From the NCBI RefSeq assembly GCF_002075285.3, contig NZ_CP021983.2, forward strand, positions 5,430,001 to 5,462,000: a stretch of 32,000 bases of DNA, in the 5' to 3' direction. This document shows positions 8,878 to 18,087 of this stretch, in pieces (the stretch's first letter is position 1; every line of letters begins with the position of its first letter). This DNA is from Halomicronema hongdechloris C2206 (lineage in GTDB: Bacteria > Cyanobacteriota > Cyanobacteriia > Phormidesmidales > Phormidesmidaceae). Under the pieces are notes generated by a model. It had not been told where the DNA came from. It searched no databases and saw only the letters and a list, made by a program, of their open reading frames with translations. Both the position numbers and the translations under genes were made by a program.

Positions 8878-9534
8878 ATGCTCTATCTCAAGCACCTAAC
8901 CTATCATCCAGCTGCTAGCACCACAGCTATCTTGCGAGACATTTCTTTGCAGTTGGGGCCCCAAGAGATGGGGCTAATCATCGGCCCCAGTGGTTCTGGT
9001 AAGACTTCACTGTTAGAGCTATTGGCGGGGCTGGCTCAACCGACGGCCGGGCAAATTTGCTGGCGGCAGCAAGTCCTCGATACAGAGGCACTGCAGCAGT
9101 TGGCTGGCCTGGTATTTCAGTTTCCGGAGCGGCACTTCTGCGGTCGCACAGTCTTGGACGAACTGCGGTTAGGGCATCCTGAAATCCCTGCGGAGCGTAT
9201 CCACCAAGCCCTAGAGGCGGTGGGATTGAGCCATGTCCCCTTGACCGCTGCCCCCCATGCCCTTAGTGGCGGACAGCAGCGGCGCTTAGCTCTGGCAGTG
9301 CAGTTGATCCGCCAGCCTTACCTATTGCTGCTGGATGAACCGACTGCTGGCTTAGACTGGTCTACCCGCCGCCAGGTGGTTTCGTTGCTGAGTCAGCTCA
9401 AGCGTCAGTGGAGTTTGTTGGTAGTCTCCCATGATTCCGAGGATCTGGTCACATTGGCGGATCGGTGCTGGGGGATTCATCAGGGGCAACTGCAGGAGCA
9501 ACCTCGATTTCCGATGGTGCAGGCGGCGTCTTGA
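8878..9534 (+). CDS. ABC transporter ATP-binding protein (ECF/CbiO-like), no adjacent permease
   Basis: Walker A GPSGSGKTS, signature LSGGQQRR and Walker B LLLDEPTAGLD. The ORF track starts at 8752, but the ATG at 8878 (MLYLKHLTY) gives the usual ATPase N-terminus. Confidence 0.85.
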   Translation: MLYLKHLTYHPAASTTAILRDISLQLGPQEMGLIIGPSGSGKTSLLELLAGLAQPTAGQICWRQQVLDTEALQQLAGLVFQFPERHFCGRTVLDELRLGHPEIPAERIHQALEAVGLSHVPLTAAPHALSGGQQRRLALAVQLIRQPYLLLLDEPTAGLDWSTRRQVVSLLSQLKRQWSLLVVSHDSEDLVTLADRCWGIHQGQLQEQPRFPMVQAAS

Positions 9535-9580
9535 CGACGAGGTATGATGCCCCAGACTGCGCATTGCTCCCCTCTGTTCC

Positions 9581-10354
9581 ATGGCCTCTATCTCTCGATT
9601 ACCGGAGTATTCGGATCGCTGGCGGCATTCTCTGCATTGGCAGCCCGATGCTTACCAACAGGCTAGTTTTCAGGCTCTCTATGAGGCGATTCTGGAGGGT
9701 AACCGGCAGCTCAATCTGACTCGCTTGACGGCTGCCGATGATTTCTGGGAGAAGCATGTATGGGATTCCCTCAGTGGTGTGGTGCCCTGGCTGGGGCAGG
9801 AGCCAACGGTACAGGAACTGGCCCTGGCTCCTGGTCACCGGGTCATCGATATTGGCACCGGGGCCGGGTTTCCGGGGTTGCCGGTTGCGATCGCATGTCC
9901 TACCTGGCCCATCACCCTGTTAGACTCTACCCGCAAGAAAATCGCCTGGCTAGCGGGTGTTAGCCAGGACCTAGGCCTGACCAACGTCACCACCATCACC
10001 GAGCGAGCCGAAACCTTGGGGCATCACCCCGATCATCGTCAAGCCTACGATTTGGCCCTAGTGCGAGCTGTAGGGTCAGTTGCCACCTGTGCCGAATATG
10101 CCCTGCCCTTATTAGCTCAGGGAGGGGTAGCCGTCCTCTATCGTGGCCAGTGGACCGTTGCAGAACAGGAACAGCTTCAAACCGTAGCCACCAGGCTGGG
10201 AGGCCACCTGATTCAGCTACGGCCATGGCGCACCCCCCTGAGCCACAGTGTGCGTCACTGCGTCTACCTACTCAAAGACAGGGACACTCCCCATACTTAT
10301 CCTCGGGCCGTTGGCCTACCCGCTAAATTTCCCTTGGCTAGCCCCGATTCTTGA
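9581..10354 (+). CDS. rsmG: 16S rRNA (guanine527-N7)-methyltransferase RsmG
   Basis: 257-aa ORF with LNLTRLT...FWEKHVWDSL and the SAM-binding motif VIDIGTGAGFPGLPVAIA, both typical of GidB/RsmG. Confidence 0.9.
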   Translation: MASISRLPEYSDRWRHSLHWQPDAYQQASFQALYEAILEGNRQLNLTRLTAADDFWEKHVWDSLSGVVPWLGQEPTVQELALAPGHRVIDIGTGAGFPGLPVAIACPTWPITLLDSTRKKIAWLAGVSQDLGLTNVTTITERAETLGHHPDHRQAYDLALVRAVGSVATCAEYALPLLAQGGVAVLYRGQWTVAEQEQLQTVATRLGGHLIQLRPWRTPLSHSVRHCVYLLKDRDTPHTYPRAVGLPAKFPLASPDS

Positions 10355-10787
10355 TGGTCATCACCTGCACAATCTTCAGGGCGGTGTCTCCCGAAATCTC
10401 TAAGATATGATGTAAGTCGTCTAGAAAGGCTTGTTCCTGCTCGGTTACGGCGCCATCCGACAAGATTAAATCCGTTGCCATGGCAAAGGCCGTCTCGCGT
10501 AGATTTTGGGGCAGCGATGCCTTGGCTAGATTGACTAACGGCCCAGGACCCTGGCGCTTTAGCATAGCTAAAAGCTTGTCAAAGGTGCGATGGAGAACAT
10601 CGTTGGAATAGGTGCGAAAGAGTTGCATGCGGGACAGCATGACAGTCATGTTCCGTCCTTCTTGCTCCGATAGATAACCATCCGCGGCAATGGCCACTAA
10701 ACACACGGCTGCGAAGGCTTCCGCTGCGCTCAGGCTGCCATCGGTCATCTGATTCGCTGTTTTGAATACGCCATCAAATAGCCCCAT
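10338..10787 (-). CDS. TerB-family (tellurite-resistance-like) protein
   Basis: Two repeats of the TerB-like pattern are present: VAIAADGYLSEQEG and LILSDGAVTEQEQAFLDDL. The ATG at 10787 (MGLFDGVFK) is the likely start. The longer ORF reaches the ATG at 10862 or the TTG at 10877. The 3' end overlaps rsmG by 17 nt, convergently. Confidence 0.65.
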   Translation of the reverse strand: MGLFDGVFKTANQMTDGSLSAAEAFAAVCLVAIAADGYLSEQEGRNMTVMLSRMQLFRTYSNDVLHRTFDKLLAMLKRQGPGPLVNLAKASLPQNLRETAFAMATDLILSDGAVTEQEQAFLDDLHHILEISGDTALKIVQVMTIKNRG

Positions 10788-10959
10788 TACCCGCCCCCAA
10801 TCTGATCCCAATGCTGACGTCTGAGTCAAAGGAGCCCTGTCAAGGTCTCTTATCGACGCCATGACCTGACTCTTCAATAGTATCGTTCCCCTTCCGGTCT
10901 GGATTGGAACAGTGATGCACTGAAACTGGCAAGACCCGACTCGTGTCGCTGAGCAGGGG

Positions 10960-11952
10960 TCAGTGGCGCTGGAGAAAGCGCTCTAAATCTTTGAAGGTGC
11001 CGGCATAGGTCAAAATCGGGGTATCGTATCCCTTCATGGTGACGGTGTAGCGCTGGAAGAGATTGTCGGTGGTTCCCAATTCCTCTAGACAGTCGTAGGT
11101 TGTGGCGCCAATGGCAATGTCCAACCCTAATTGCTTGGTGGAGGATTCAAACCGGAAGGCAGCATTTACGGTATCGCCGAGGGCGGTATAGTCAGGGCGG
11201 TCTCCCGAACCAGTGTTCCCGACCATGGCATAGCCTGTATTTAATCCAGCCCCAATCCGCAGGGAGAAGGGCAGGGGGAATTCCTCGTGGAGTTGACTAG
11301 TCATCTTCGCCAGGGCGTTGATGGCTCGGATAATCCGCAGAATTTCTGTGGGTTCAACCCCTTGCGGTCCGTGAATCCAGACTGCCATCACCGCATCACC
11401 GATGTATTTATCAACCCCGCTGCCATATTCGCCGATGATTTCTCCAGCCCGGCGAAACCAGGTGCCGATGGTCTCAGATAGCACCGTTTCGTCCAATTGC
11501 CGGGTCATGACCGTGAAGTCTCGAATATCTACCACCATCACCGAGATCAACCGCCGCACATTCAGCATGGCCGTCGCGGTGAAGTCTTGGGAATCGGTAG
11601 GCGTGGGCGTGGCAGCAGTGGCAATATCTGGGTGCGGACAATAGAAATGAAGATTAGTCTGGCCAAAGGTGAGTAGATCGCCGTTGTGCAGGGTGACGGG
11701 GACGCTGACACGACGGCCATTGACGAAGGAGCCGTTGCGGCTACCCAGATCAATCAGATAGAATTCCCCATTTTCCATGGACTGCAGCATGGCATGGTTG
11801 CGAGAGATCCATTGGTCAGGCAGGACAAAATTGTTGTCATCACTCCTACCTATGGTCCAGCAGTTGCTGCCCAATAACGGCAAGTGACGATTGCCTGACT
11901 CGGTCTGCAGTATCAAATAAGGTTCAGATTGCGCAGTCACCTTAATAACCAC
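10960..11952 (-). CDS. FHA-domain class III adenylate/guanylate cyclase (Cya1-type architecture)
   Basis: 330-aa ORF with a GTG start. The N-terminal FHA domain reads WTIGRSDDNNFVLPDQWISRNHAMLQ...YLIDLGSRNGSFVNGRRV. The C-terminal cyclase homology domain reads VMVVDIRDFT...GDAVMAVW...GLNTGYAMVGNTGS. Confidence 0.85.
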   Translation of the reverse strand: MVIKVTAQSEPYLILQTESGNRHLPLLGSNCWTIGRSDDNNFVLPDQWISRNHAMLQSMENGEFYLIDLGSRNGSFVNGRRVSVPVTLHNGDLLTFGQTNLHFYCPHPDIATAATPTPTDSQDFTATAMLNVRRLISVMVVDIRDFTVMTRQLDETVLSETIGTWFRRAGEIIGEYGSGVDKYIGDAVMAVWIHGPQGVEPTEILRIIRAINALAKMTSQLHEEFPLPFSLRIGAGLNTGYAMVGNTGSGDRPDYTALGDTVNAAFRFESSTKQLGLDIAIGATTYDCLEELGTTDNLFQRYTVTMKGYDTPILTYAGTFKDLERFLQRH

Positions 11953-12179
11953 TGTGCTAAACGAGGGGCAATCGAGTTGGGTACGAACTAAATGGGCAAT
12001 GCTTGAGAAACAACAAGCACCCTACCTTATCATTCCTTTCCTTCCAAGATACTGTACCGCTCCCTGCGATCATGGCAAGGTAAGGCAGTCAGATCTCGAA
12101 GACCAGCTGGTTGTGGCCACCGTCATCCAGCGTTGCGTGGTGGTGAGTCCGTCCACCATTGTTGCCTGATAGGCAGCAC

Positions 12180-12932
12180 CTAGGCAGCTAAAGCGGTTAG
12201 GAAAAACAGTCCGTCCACCAGTAAAGTACTCAACACCGCCCCTGAGAAGGTCCACCAGTGCAGCCGCCTGGAGTAAAGCAGCGGGCCGACGGTCAAGAGT
12301 AACAGACAGAAAATCAACTCAATGGCGCTCAGCAGGGCCGGGCCGGTGCAAAGATGGGCCACGGCTTCCTGGAGAACCGCTGGCACAAAACTTTGATCGA
12401 CGGCCATCAATTGACGCCAGTAGGGAATGAGGTCATTCCAATAGAGGTAAAGGTCGGTGATGGCTGTGCCCAACAGGGAGCCGAGGTAAAAATAACTGCC
12501 AATGGATCCCCAACCTAGGGCCAGACAAATACCCACCACCGGCAGTCCAATCGCCTCAATGGGCAGATGCACAAGGGGTTCCCAGCGAAACCATCCCCAG
12601 TAGATCGACCCCGCCAACCAGGTCCAGCTAAATCCGACTAACAGGTCTCCCCACAGATAGGTGGCCGGACGGGCCATGAGGGATAGCCCTGCCATTAACC
12701 AGGCGCCGGTGAGACTGAGACTGAGCCAGGGCAGCGATCGCACCAACGGGGCCTGAAAGAAGACTGGCACCACCACCAATGTGATGGCCATGGCCATCAG
12801 GCGCCAGCGCAGGAACCCCAATCGCCGCAGCTGTGTCAGGGGTAGCAGATACTCCGATTTGGGGGTGGTTGTAGGGCTGTAAGAAGACAAGGGATGATTA
12901 GATGCCGAGGTTAACCAATGTAAACATAACAT
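12180..12932 (-). CDS. Multi-pass membrane protein (possibly DUF3120-like)
   Basis: At least six hydrophobic helices, with VPVFFQAPLVRSLPWLSL near the N-terminus. The ORF track extends to 13046. The ATG at 12932, or the one at 12797, is a more plausible start. The family assignment is from memory only. Confidence 0.6.
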   Translation of the reverse strand: MLCLHWLTSASNHPLSSYSPTTTPKSEYLLPLTQLRRLGFLRWRLMAMAITLVVVPVFFQAPLVRSLPWLSLSLTGAWLMAGLSLMARPATYLWGDLLVGFSWTWLAGSIYWGWFRWEPLVHLPIEAIGLPVVGICLALGWGSIGSYFYLGSLLGTAITDLYLYWNDLIPYWRQLMAVDQSFVPAVLQEAVAHLCTGPALLSAIELIFCLLLLTVGPLLYSRRLHWWTFSGAVLSTLLVDGLFFLTALAA

Positions 12933-13116
12933 GCCCTCCCGGGGCAGGCAGGCGGTCCGAGAGTCGCCATCAACTGCGGGCCATAGCGCCCAATTCTCTC
13001 TGTGAAGTGTTTGCAAATGGCTGCGATCGCATCTCAGCCTCCCCAATCAAGTCCCGTACAATCAAAGCTGGTCAATGCCCTGCCTACTCCATCGCCCCTA
13101 ACGTATTCATTTGCCC

Positions 13117-14034
13117 ATGTTGACCTTAACTGCCGACTGGTTGAGCGCTGTAGGGCTGCTGTTGGCCCAGGCTGAGTCGACTGCCCTGAAAGACAATATG
13201 TCCCTGATGCAGGCCATTCTCATCGGGATTGTGCAAGGGCTGACAGAGTTTTTGCCCATTAGTAGTACGGCCCATGTCAAGGTCGTGCCGGTGGCCTTGG
13301 GCTGGGGAGATCCAGGGGTGGCCTTCACCGCAGTGATTCAGCTGGGTAGCATCGCCGCCATCCTCTGGTACTTTTGGACCGACTTAAAGCAGGTCACCAC
13401 CCAGATGGTGCAGGCGACCCGGCAGCGTAAATTCGCCTCGGTAGACTTTCGTCTGGGGTTGGGTATCCTACTGGGCACCCTGCCCATCGTGGTGGCTGGC
13501 TTGCTGATTAAGGCCTTGATCCCCGACTTTGACAACTCTCCCTTGCGTAGCACCGCCGCCATTGCCATGGCCTCGATCGTCATGGCGCTGCTATTAGCCG
13601 TCGCCGAGGTGTGGGGCCGGCGGCGCCGTGGCTTCGACGCCTTAGACCTCAAAGATGGCATCGGTATGGGCTTTGCCCAGGCCCTGGCCTTAATTCCGGG
13701 AGTTTCCCGCTCCGGATCGACTTTAACGGCAGGGCTGTTCATGGGTCTAGAGCGCGCGACGGCGGCGCGATTCTCTTTCCTAATGGGGATTCCGGCCATT
13801 ACCCTGGCTGGCTTGGTGGAGCTGCATTCGCTGCTGACGAGCGACATGGGGGGCGTCAGTTGGGGGCCTCTGCTGGGGGGGCTGCTGGCGGCAGTGGTGT
13901 CGTCCTACGGGGCCATTTACTGGCTGATCCGCTTTCTGCAGCGCCATACGACTTGGGTGTTCGTCTGGTATCGCTTGGCCTTTGGCGTCGTGATCTTAGT
14001 GGCCATTGCCAGTGGACAGTTGCAAAATAGTTAG
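13117..14034 (+). CDS. uppP: Undecaprenyl-diphosphate phosphatase (UppP/BacA)
   Basis: The BacA signature GLTEFLPISSTAH and the PGVSRSGSTL motif are present in a polytopic membrane protein. The start is ambiguous: TTG 13111, ATG 13117 or ATG 13198. Confidence 0.9.
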   Translation: MLTLTADWLSAVGLLLAQAESTALKDNMSLMQAILIGIVQGLTEFLPISSTAHVKVVPVALGWGDPGVAFTAVIQLGSIAAILWYFWTDLKQVTTQMVQATRQRKFASVDFRLGLGILLGTLPIVVAGLLIKALIPDFDNSPLRSTAAIAMASIVMALLLAVAEVWGRRRRGFDALDLKDGIGMGFAQALALIPGVSRSGSTLTAGLFMGLERATAARFSFLMGIPAITLAGLVELHSLLTSDMGGVSWGPLLGGLLAAVVSSYGAIYWLIRFLQRHTTWVFVWYRLAFGVVILVAIASGQLQNS

Positions 14035-14053
14035 GTACCCCTAATCTGAACCC

Positions 14054-15496
14054 ATGAGTGAGGCCACCATTCGCCCAGCCCGTATTACTCGGGTGCTGGC
14101 GGATTCGATTGCTGAGGACCTTGGCTTTGAGCCAGGGGACCAATTGGTGTCGATCAATGGCCAGCACCCTCGCGATTTGATTGATTATCGCCTGCTCTGT
14201 GCCGATGAGGAGCTGTCTCTGGAGGTGTTAGATGCCCAGGGGCAGACCCACTATGTCGATCTGGAAAAGGACTACGACGCCGACCTGGGGCTGGAGTTTG
14301 AAACGGCCCTGTTCGATGGATTGATGCAGTGCAACAATCGCTGCCCGTTTTGCTTTATCGATCAGCAACCTCCTGGCAGGCGGCAGACCCTCTACCTCAA
14401 GGACGATGACTACCGGCTCAGCTTCCTTTACGGCAGCTATCTCACCCTGACCAATCTGACTGGCCGCGATTGGGATCGTATCGCCCAGCTACGGCTATCG
14501 CCGCTCTATGTGTCGGTTCATGCCACCGAGCCTGAGATGCGATCGCATCTACTGAAAAATCCCCGGGCCGGGCAGCTGCTAGAGCAACTCGCCTGGTTCC
14601 AACAACACCGCCTGCAGATTCATGCCCAAGTGGTCATTTGCCCGGGGATTAACGATCGGGTCCATCTAGACCGTACCCTGCAGGATCTGGCCCAATTTCA
14701 CTCAGCAACGGTACCAACGGTAGCCTCTGTGGCCATCGTGCCTGTGGGGCTGACCAAATTTCGCCCCAGCGACGATGAGTTGGTACCCGTTACCCCGGCC
14801 CAGGCTAACCAAGTCATAGACCAAGTACAGCGCTGGCAGCACCAGTTTCGCCACCACCTGGGGACTACCTTCGCCTGGTTGGCCGATGAGTGGTTCTTGA
14901 TGGCCGGACGAGATTTGCCCCCTGCCTGCCACTACGAAACCTATCCCCAAATCGGCAACGGGGTGGGCTCGATTCGCCAATTTCTAGGAGAATTTGACCA
15001 GGCTGCTCAAGCTCTGCCGACGGAAGTGACCCCTTCCCGCCGCTTCACCTGGGTGGTTGGCAATACCGTCGAGGGAGCCTTTCAGCCCATTGTGCAGCGC
15101 CTTAACCAAGTCGATGGTCTTACCGTTACCCTGGCGGCTCTGGCCAGCGAATACTGGGGACAATCCATGACCGTCACCGGGTTGCTCACGGGGCAGGACA
15201 TTGTTTATGCCCTCCAAGGCCAGGATCTGGGCCAGGGACTGCTCTTGCCTTCCCTGATGCTGAAGCCCAGCGACTCCGGCCGCCTAGACGATACCTACTT
15301 CCTTGACGACATGGGTGTGGCTACCCTAAGTCAGCGACTCAACCTTCCAGTTTGGATAATTGATGGTATTGTCACCTTGATCCGAGTCTGCACTGCTCCC
15401 CACCCTGGTCTAGCCGACACGGGGAAGCGGTTCGCTCAGGTGCGGTCAGATAACTCCCTGCAGGCAGCAGAGTCGTCTCCAGCCTCGCTCGCCTAG
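14054..15496 (+). CDS. DUF512 / cyanobacterial putative FeS oxidoreductase with an N-terminal PDZ-like domain
   Basis: 480-aa ORF. It has a PDZ-like N-terminus (GFEPGDQLVSINGQ), the Cys cluster CNNRCPFCF and a DUF512-type C-terminal region. Confidence 0.8.
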   Translation: MSEATIRPARITRVLADSIAEDLGFEPGDQLVSINGQHPRDLIDYRLLCADEELSLEVLDAQGQTHYVDLEKDYDADLGLEFETALFDGLMQCNNRCPFCFIDQQPPGRRQTLYLKDDDYRLSFLYGSYLTLTNLTGRDWDRIAQLRLSPLYVSVHATEPEMRSHLLKNPRAGQLLEQLAWFQQHRLQIHAQVVICPGINDRVHLDRTLQDLAQFHSATVPTVASVAIVPVGLTKFRPSDDELVPVTPAQANQVIDQVQRWQHQFRHHLGTTFAWLADEWFLMAGRDLPPACHYETYPQIGNGVGSIRQFLGEFDQAAQALPTEVTPSRRFTWVVGNTVEGAFQPIVQRLNQVDGLTVTLAALASEYWGQSMTVTGLLTGQDIVYALQGQDLGQGLLLPSLMLKPSDSGRLDDTYFLDDMGVATLSQRLNLPVWIIDGIVTLIRVCTAPHPGLADTGKRFAQVRSDNSLQAAESSPASLA

Positions 15497-15572
15497 GTTT
15501 TCCAGCAATTTCCCAGCCTGCGTAGCGCCATTCAATGAGGGGATAGCGATTGCCTGAAGCCATCAAAAAATA

Positions 15573-15587
15573 TACTATACGGTATAG
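15573..15587. promoter_or_regulatory. Perfect 7-1-7 palindrome ACTATAC-G-GTATAGT overlapping -10-like hexamers
   Basis: Seen directly in the sequence. TATACT (15570-15575) and TATAGT (15582-15587) are both TAnnnT hexamers. The site lies about 215 nt upstream of the tolC start and is preceded by an A-run. Confidence 0.35.
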
Positions 15588-15800
15588 TTTGCAGCATGAT
15601 CCCAGTGGGAAGCAGCCTGGGGATCGTCGTAGTCAGGCGAGACTTGCAGATCTCGAGGCAGTCCACCAGCTAGGTTGGCCTTCAAGACCGGCAGCCAGCC
15701 GACAGGCGACCATTCCTTCCAGTATGCTAGGAAGCTGGAGCCATCTGATGCTGCCCTAGGCTCCAGCAGAATCCGTAGTGCGCTTTAGCTATCAGCCTCC

Positions 15801-17465
15801 ATGCCTAATCGCAACCGCCCAGCTCCCTTAGCGATCGTCAGCTTTAGTCTGATGGCGACCCTCTGCCCCACTGCCGGGGTCCAGGCCCAACTCATGGACT
15901 CTGACCCTAGCTCCCCCGACGTGGAGGTTGAACCCTCCACGTCCTGGAGGGGCGCCTCAGAGTTTCCCCCTGAAACCACTTCAGATGTCCTCTACGGCAG
16001 CTTTTTAGCCCAGGGTGAAGATCCTCCTACTGCCCCCTTCGAGGCGGACCCCATCCCGCCCTCGTCTGTGGGAGAGACCACCTATCCTCTGCCTGCCGAG
16101 GATGCTGACCTAGACTACCTGAATCCAGATCCCAACCCCCTGTTACTGCCTACTCAACCCGAGGAAGTGGAGATCCTGGGAACGCAGCCCCTCACCCTGG
16201 AGCAAGCGGTAGAGTTGGCCTATCGCAACAATGAAGCGCTACAAGTGGCTCGATTAGAGCTAGAACGCAGTCGTGAGGCCCTGCGAGAGGCTCGGGCCGC
16301 CCTATTTCCGGATCTGAATTTATCCAGTGACTTGACTGCCCGCAATACAACCGGTACCTCAGGATTTTCTTTTTTTGGGGATGGGTTTACCGGCGGTGGG
16401 TTTACCGGAGACGGCTTCTCCACTGAAGAGGAAATCGATACGACGACTCAGAGTACTCTGGAGTTAAGCTATGACCTCTACACCTCAGGCCGTCGGGCCG
16501 CTTCTATAAGAGCGGCGGAAGAGCAGGTGCGTCTCCAGGAGCTAGCCCTAGAGCGACAGCGGGAGCAACTACGCCTGGATACAATTAACGACTATTACGC
16601 GCTTCAAGAAGCTATCGAGCAAATTCGCATTAATCAAGCTTTTTTAGAAGAAGCCGAGCGCAACCTGCGGGACACGGAACTGCGCGAAGAGGTTGGCGTG
16701 GGCACTCGCTTCGATGTGTTGCGAGCCGAGGTGCAAGCGGCCAATGCCCGACAGCAGCTGGTGCAGGCTCGCAGTGACCGTCGTACGGCCCAGCGTCAGT
16801 TAGCCAGACGTCTGGCCCTGCCCCCCTCCCTCGATGTCACCACGGAACCGGTGACCGTGGCTGGAACCTGGCCACTGTCCTTGGAAAAGACCATTGTTAC
16901 TGCCTTCCAAAATCGAGCCGAATTGGAAGAGCCCTTGGTGCAGCGGACCATCAGCGAGCAGCAGCAGCGGGTCGCGCGGGCGGCAGTAGGACCTCAAATC
17001 AGTCTATTTGCCAACTATTCGGTGCGCGAGACCTTCGGTGATGGCGATAGCCCCAGCGACAACTACAGCTTAGGGGCTCGGTTGCGTTGGCAGCTCTATG
17101 ACGGTGGCGCAGCAGGAGCCCAGGCCGATCAGGAAGAGCGCAATCAAGAGATTGCTGAGACCCAGTTTTCCCAGGCCCGCAATCAGGTGCGCCTAGAGGT
17201 AGAACAGGCCTATTTCAGCCTGGAAGCCAATCGGGAAAATATTGACACGGCCCGCTTGGCGGTAGAGCAGGCCAAAGAAGCCCTAGAGTTGGCGCGGCTG
17301 CGGTTTAATGCCGGAGTAGGTACCCAGCTGGATGTGCTCAGCGCCCAGTCCGATCTGACTGAGGCCGAGGGCAGTTTGGTGACGGCGATTCTGGGCTATA
17401 ACCGGGCCCTAGCTGCTCTCCAACGAGCCGTCAGTAACTTAGAGGCGACGGCATTAACTCCCTGA
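15801..17465 (+). CDS. tolC: TolC-family outer membrane efflux protein (HgdD/Slr1270-like)
   Basis: 554-aa ORF with a signal peptide, a Pro-rich N-terminal extension and two OEP repeats (LTLEQAVELAYRNN..., RFDVLRAEVQ..., QLDVLSAQSDL...). Confidence 0.85.
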   Translation: MPNRNRPAPLAIVSFSLMATLCPTAGVQAQLMDSDPSSPDVEVEPSTSWRGASEFPPETTSDVLYGSFLAQGEDPPTAPFEADPIPPSSVGETTYPLPAEDADLDYLNPDPNPLLLPTQPEEVEILGTQPLTLEQAVELAYRNNEALQVARLELERSREALREARAALFPDLNLSSDLTARNTTGTSGFSFFGDGFTGGGFTGDGFSTEEEIDTTTQSTLELSYDLYTSGRRAASIRAAEEQVRLQELALERQREQLRLDTINDYYALQEAIEQIRINQAFLEEAERNLRDTELREEVGVGTRFDVLRAEVQAANARQQLVQARSDRRTAQRQLARRLALPPSLDVTTEPVTVAGTWPLSLEKTIVTAFQNRAELEEPLVQRTISEQQQRVARAAVGPQISLFANYSVRETFGDGDSPSDNYSLGARLRWQLYDGGAAGAQADQEERNQEIAETQFSQARNQVRLEVEQAYFSLEANRENIDTARLAVEQAKEALELARLRFNAGVGTQLDVLSAQSDLTEAEGSLVTAILGYNRALAALQRAVSNLEATALTP

Positions 17466-17481
17466 AGCTGAGGCTATTGGG

Positions 17482-17784
17482 TCACTCTGCCACATGAATG
17501 GCGACGGCTTCGCTCAATCGCTCAATTACCTGCTCAGCCGAAATCAATCGCTTCAAAACGACCTGGCCGATGCTTGGGCGGGTCACACCTTGGGGTTTCA
17601 CTTCCACCATTAACACCGTCTCTTCTACCTGATAGAGCCATAGCCGCTCTTCCCGTTCTTCGATGGATAGATTGAGTCGGCGGATGTAGGGCTTGCGCTG
17701 CCAGGCTAATTCGTCCCAGAGACCACCAAATTCCCAAACACGACCAGTCGTCCAACCGTCCGAGAGAAAAAAGTACTTCACCAA
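17482..17784 (-). CDS. Hypothetical protein (100 aa)
   Basis: Clean ORF (MVKYFFLSDGWTTGRVWEFGGLWDELAW...) convergent with tolC. I recognise no family. Confidence 0.55.
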   Translation of the reverse strand: MVKYFFLSDGWTTGRVWEFGGLWDELAWQRKPYIRRLNLSIEEREERLWLYQVEETVLMVEVKPQGVTRPSIGQVVLKRLISAEQVIERLSEAVAIHVAE

Positions 17785-17946
17785 TCCTTACGACGAGCCA
17801 TTCCTATGGCATTATCCATCCTCGTGGGCATTCCAAACGGTCATCTGTGGCTTTTTCTGGGGCAATCTCGGCAATTAAGTCCCTGGCAGTAGCTGTCTTT
17901 ATCCAGGTATCGAGCTGGGGTTGGCAGGGGAGCGGGACTCATCCTG

Positions 17947-17975
17947 TTAAGGGCTATGGTGAATACTCGTAGACT
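17947..17975 (+). promoter_or_regulatory. Candidate sigma70-type promoter for an orphan sRNA
   Basis: TTAAGG (17947-17952), an exact 17-nt spacer, then TAGACT (17970-17975). The predicted TSS is near 17982. Hexamer match only. Confidence 0.3.
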
Positions 17976-17981
17976 TCTTTG

Positions 17982-18087
17982 GCAAAAGTCTCCGGATCGG
18001 AGGGGGTACTTTAGAAAGAGGGAGTGGTAGATGCACCCTGATTGTCTAATCCTCCGTCAGCGTGAGTGCTGACGGAGGATTTTTTTG
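17982..18087 (+). ncRNA. Candidate sRNA of about 105 nt, defined by an orphan terminator (family unknown)
   Basis: No plus-strand protein gene ends here. The 3' end is set by the terminator at 18049-18087. The body contains internal hairpins AGACTT/AAGTCT and CTCCG/CGGAG. The 5' end is only inferred. Confidence 0.4.
18049..18087 (+). terminator. Strong Rho-independent terminator
   Basis: A perfect 13-bp stem (ATCCTCCGTCAGC at 18049-18061 pairing with GCTGACGGAGGAT at 18068-18080) has loop GTGAGT and is followed by a T-run through 18086. The reverse strand lacks a T-run, so the terminator is plus-strand specific. Confidence 0.85.

Noticed and set aside
10338-11952. Reading the cyclase plus TerB pair as a cyclic-nucleotide anti-phage system (Pycsar- or CBASS-like).
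   Set aside because: The cyclase has the FHA plus class III architecture of the housekeeping Cya1 type. The neighbour has no cNMP-binding, TIR or pore-forming effector domain. The HIP1 content and the flanking genes are core-genome-like.
15550-15759. A 69-aa ORF in the spacer upstream of tolC.
   Set aside because: It has no motif, an Arg/Ser/Pro-rich composition and a non-ATG start. The spacer is better explained as a promoter and 5' region.
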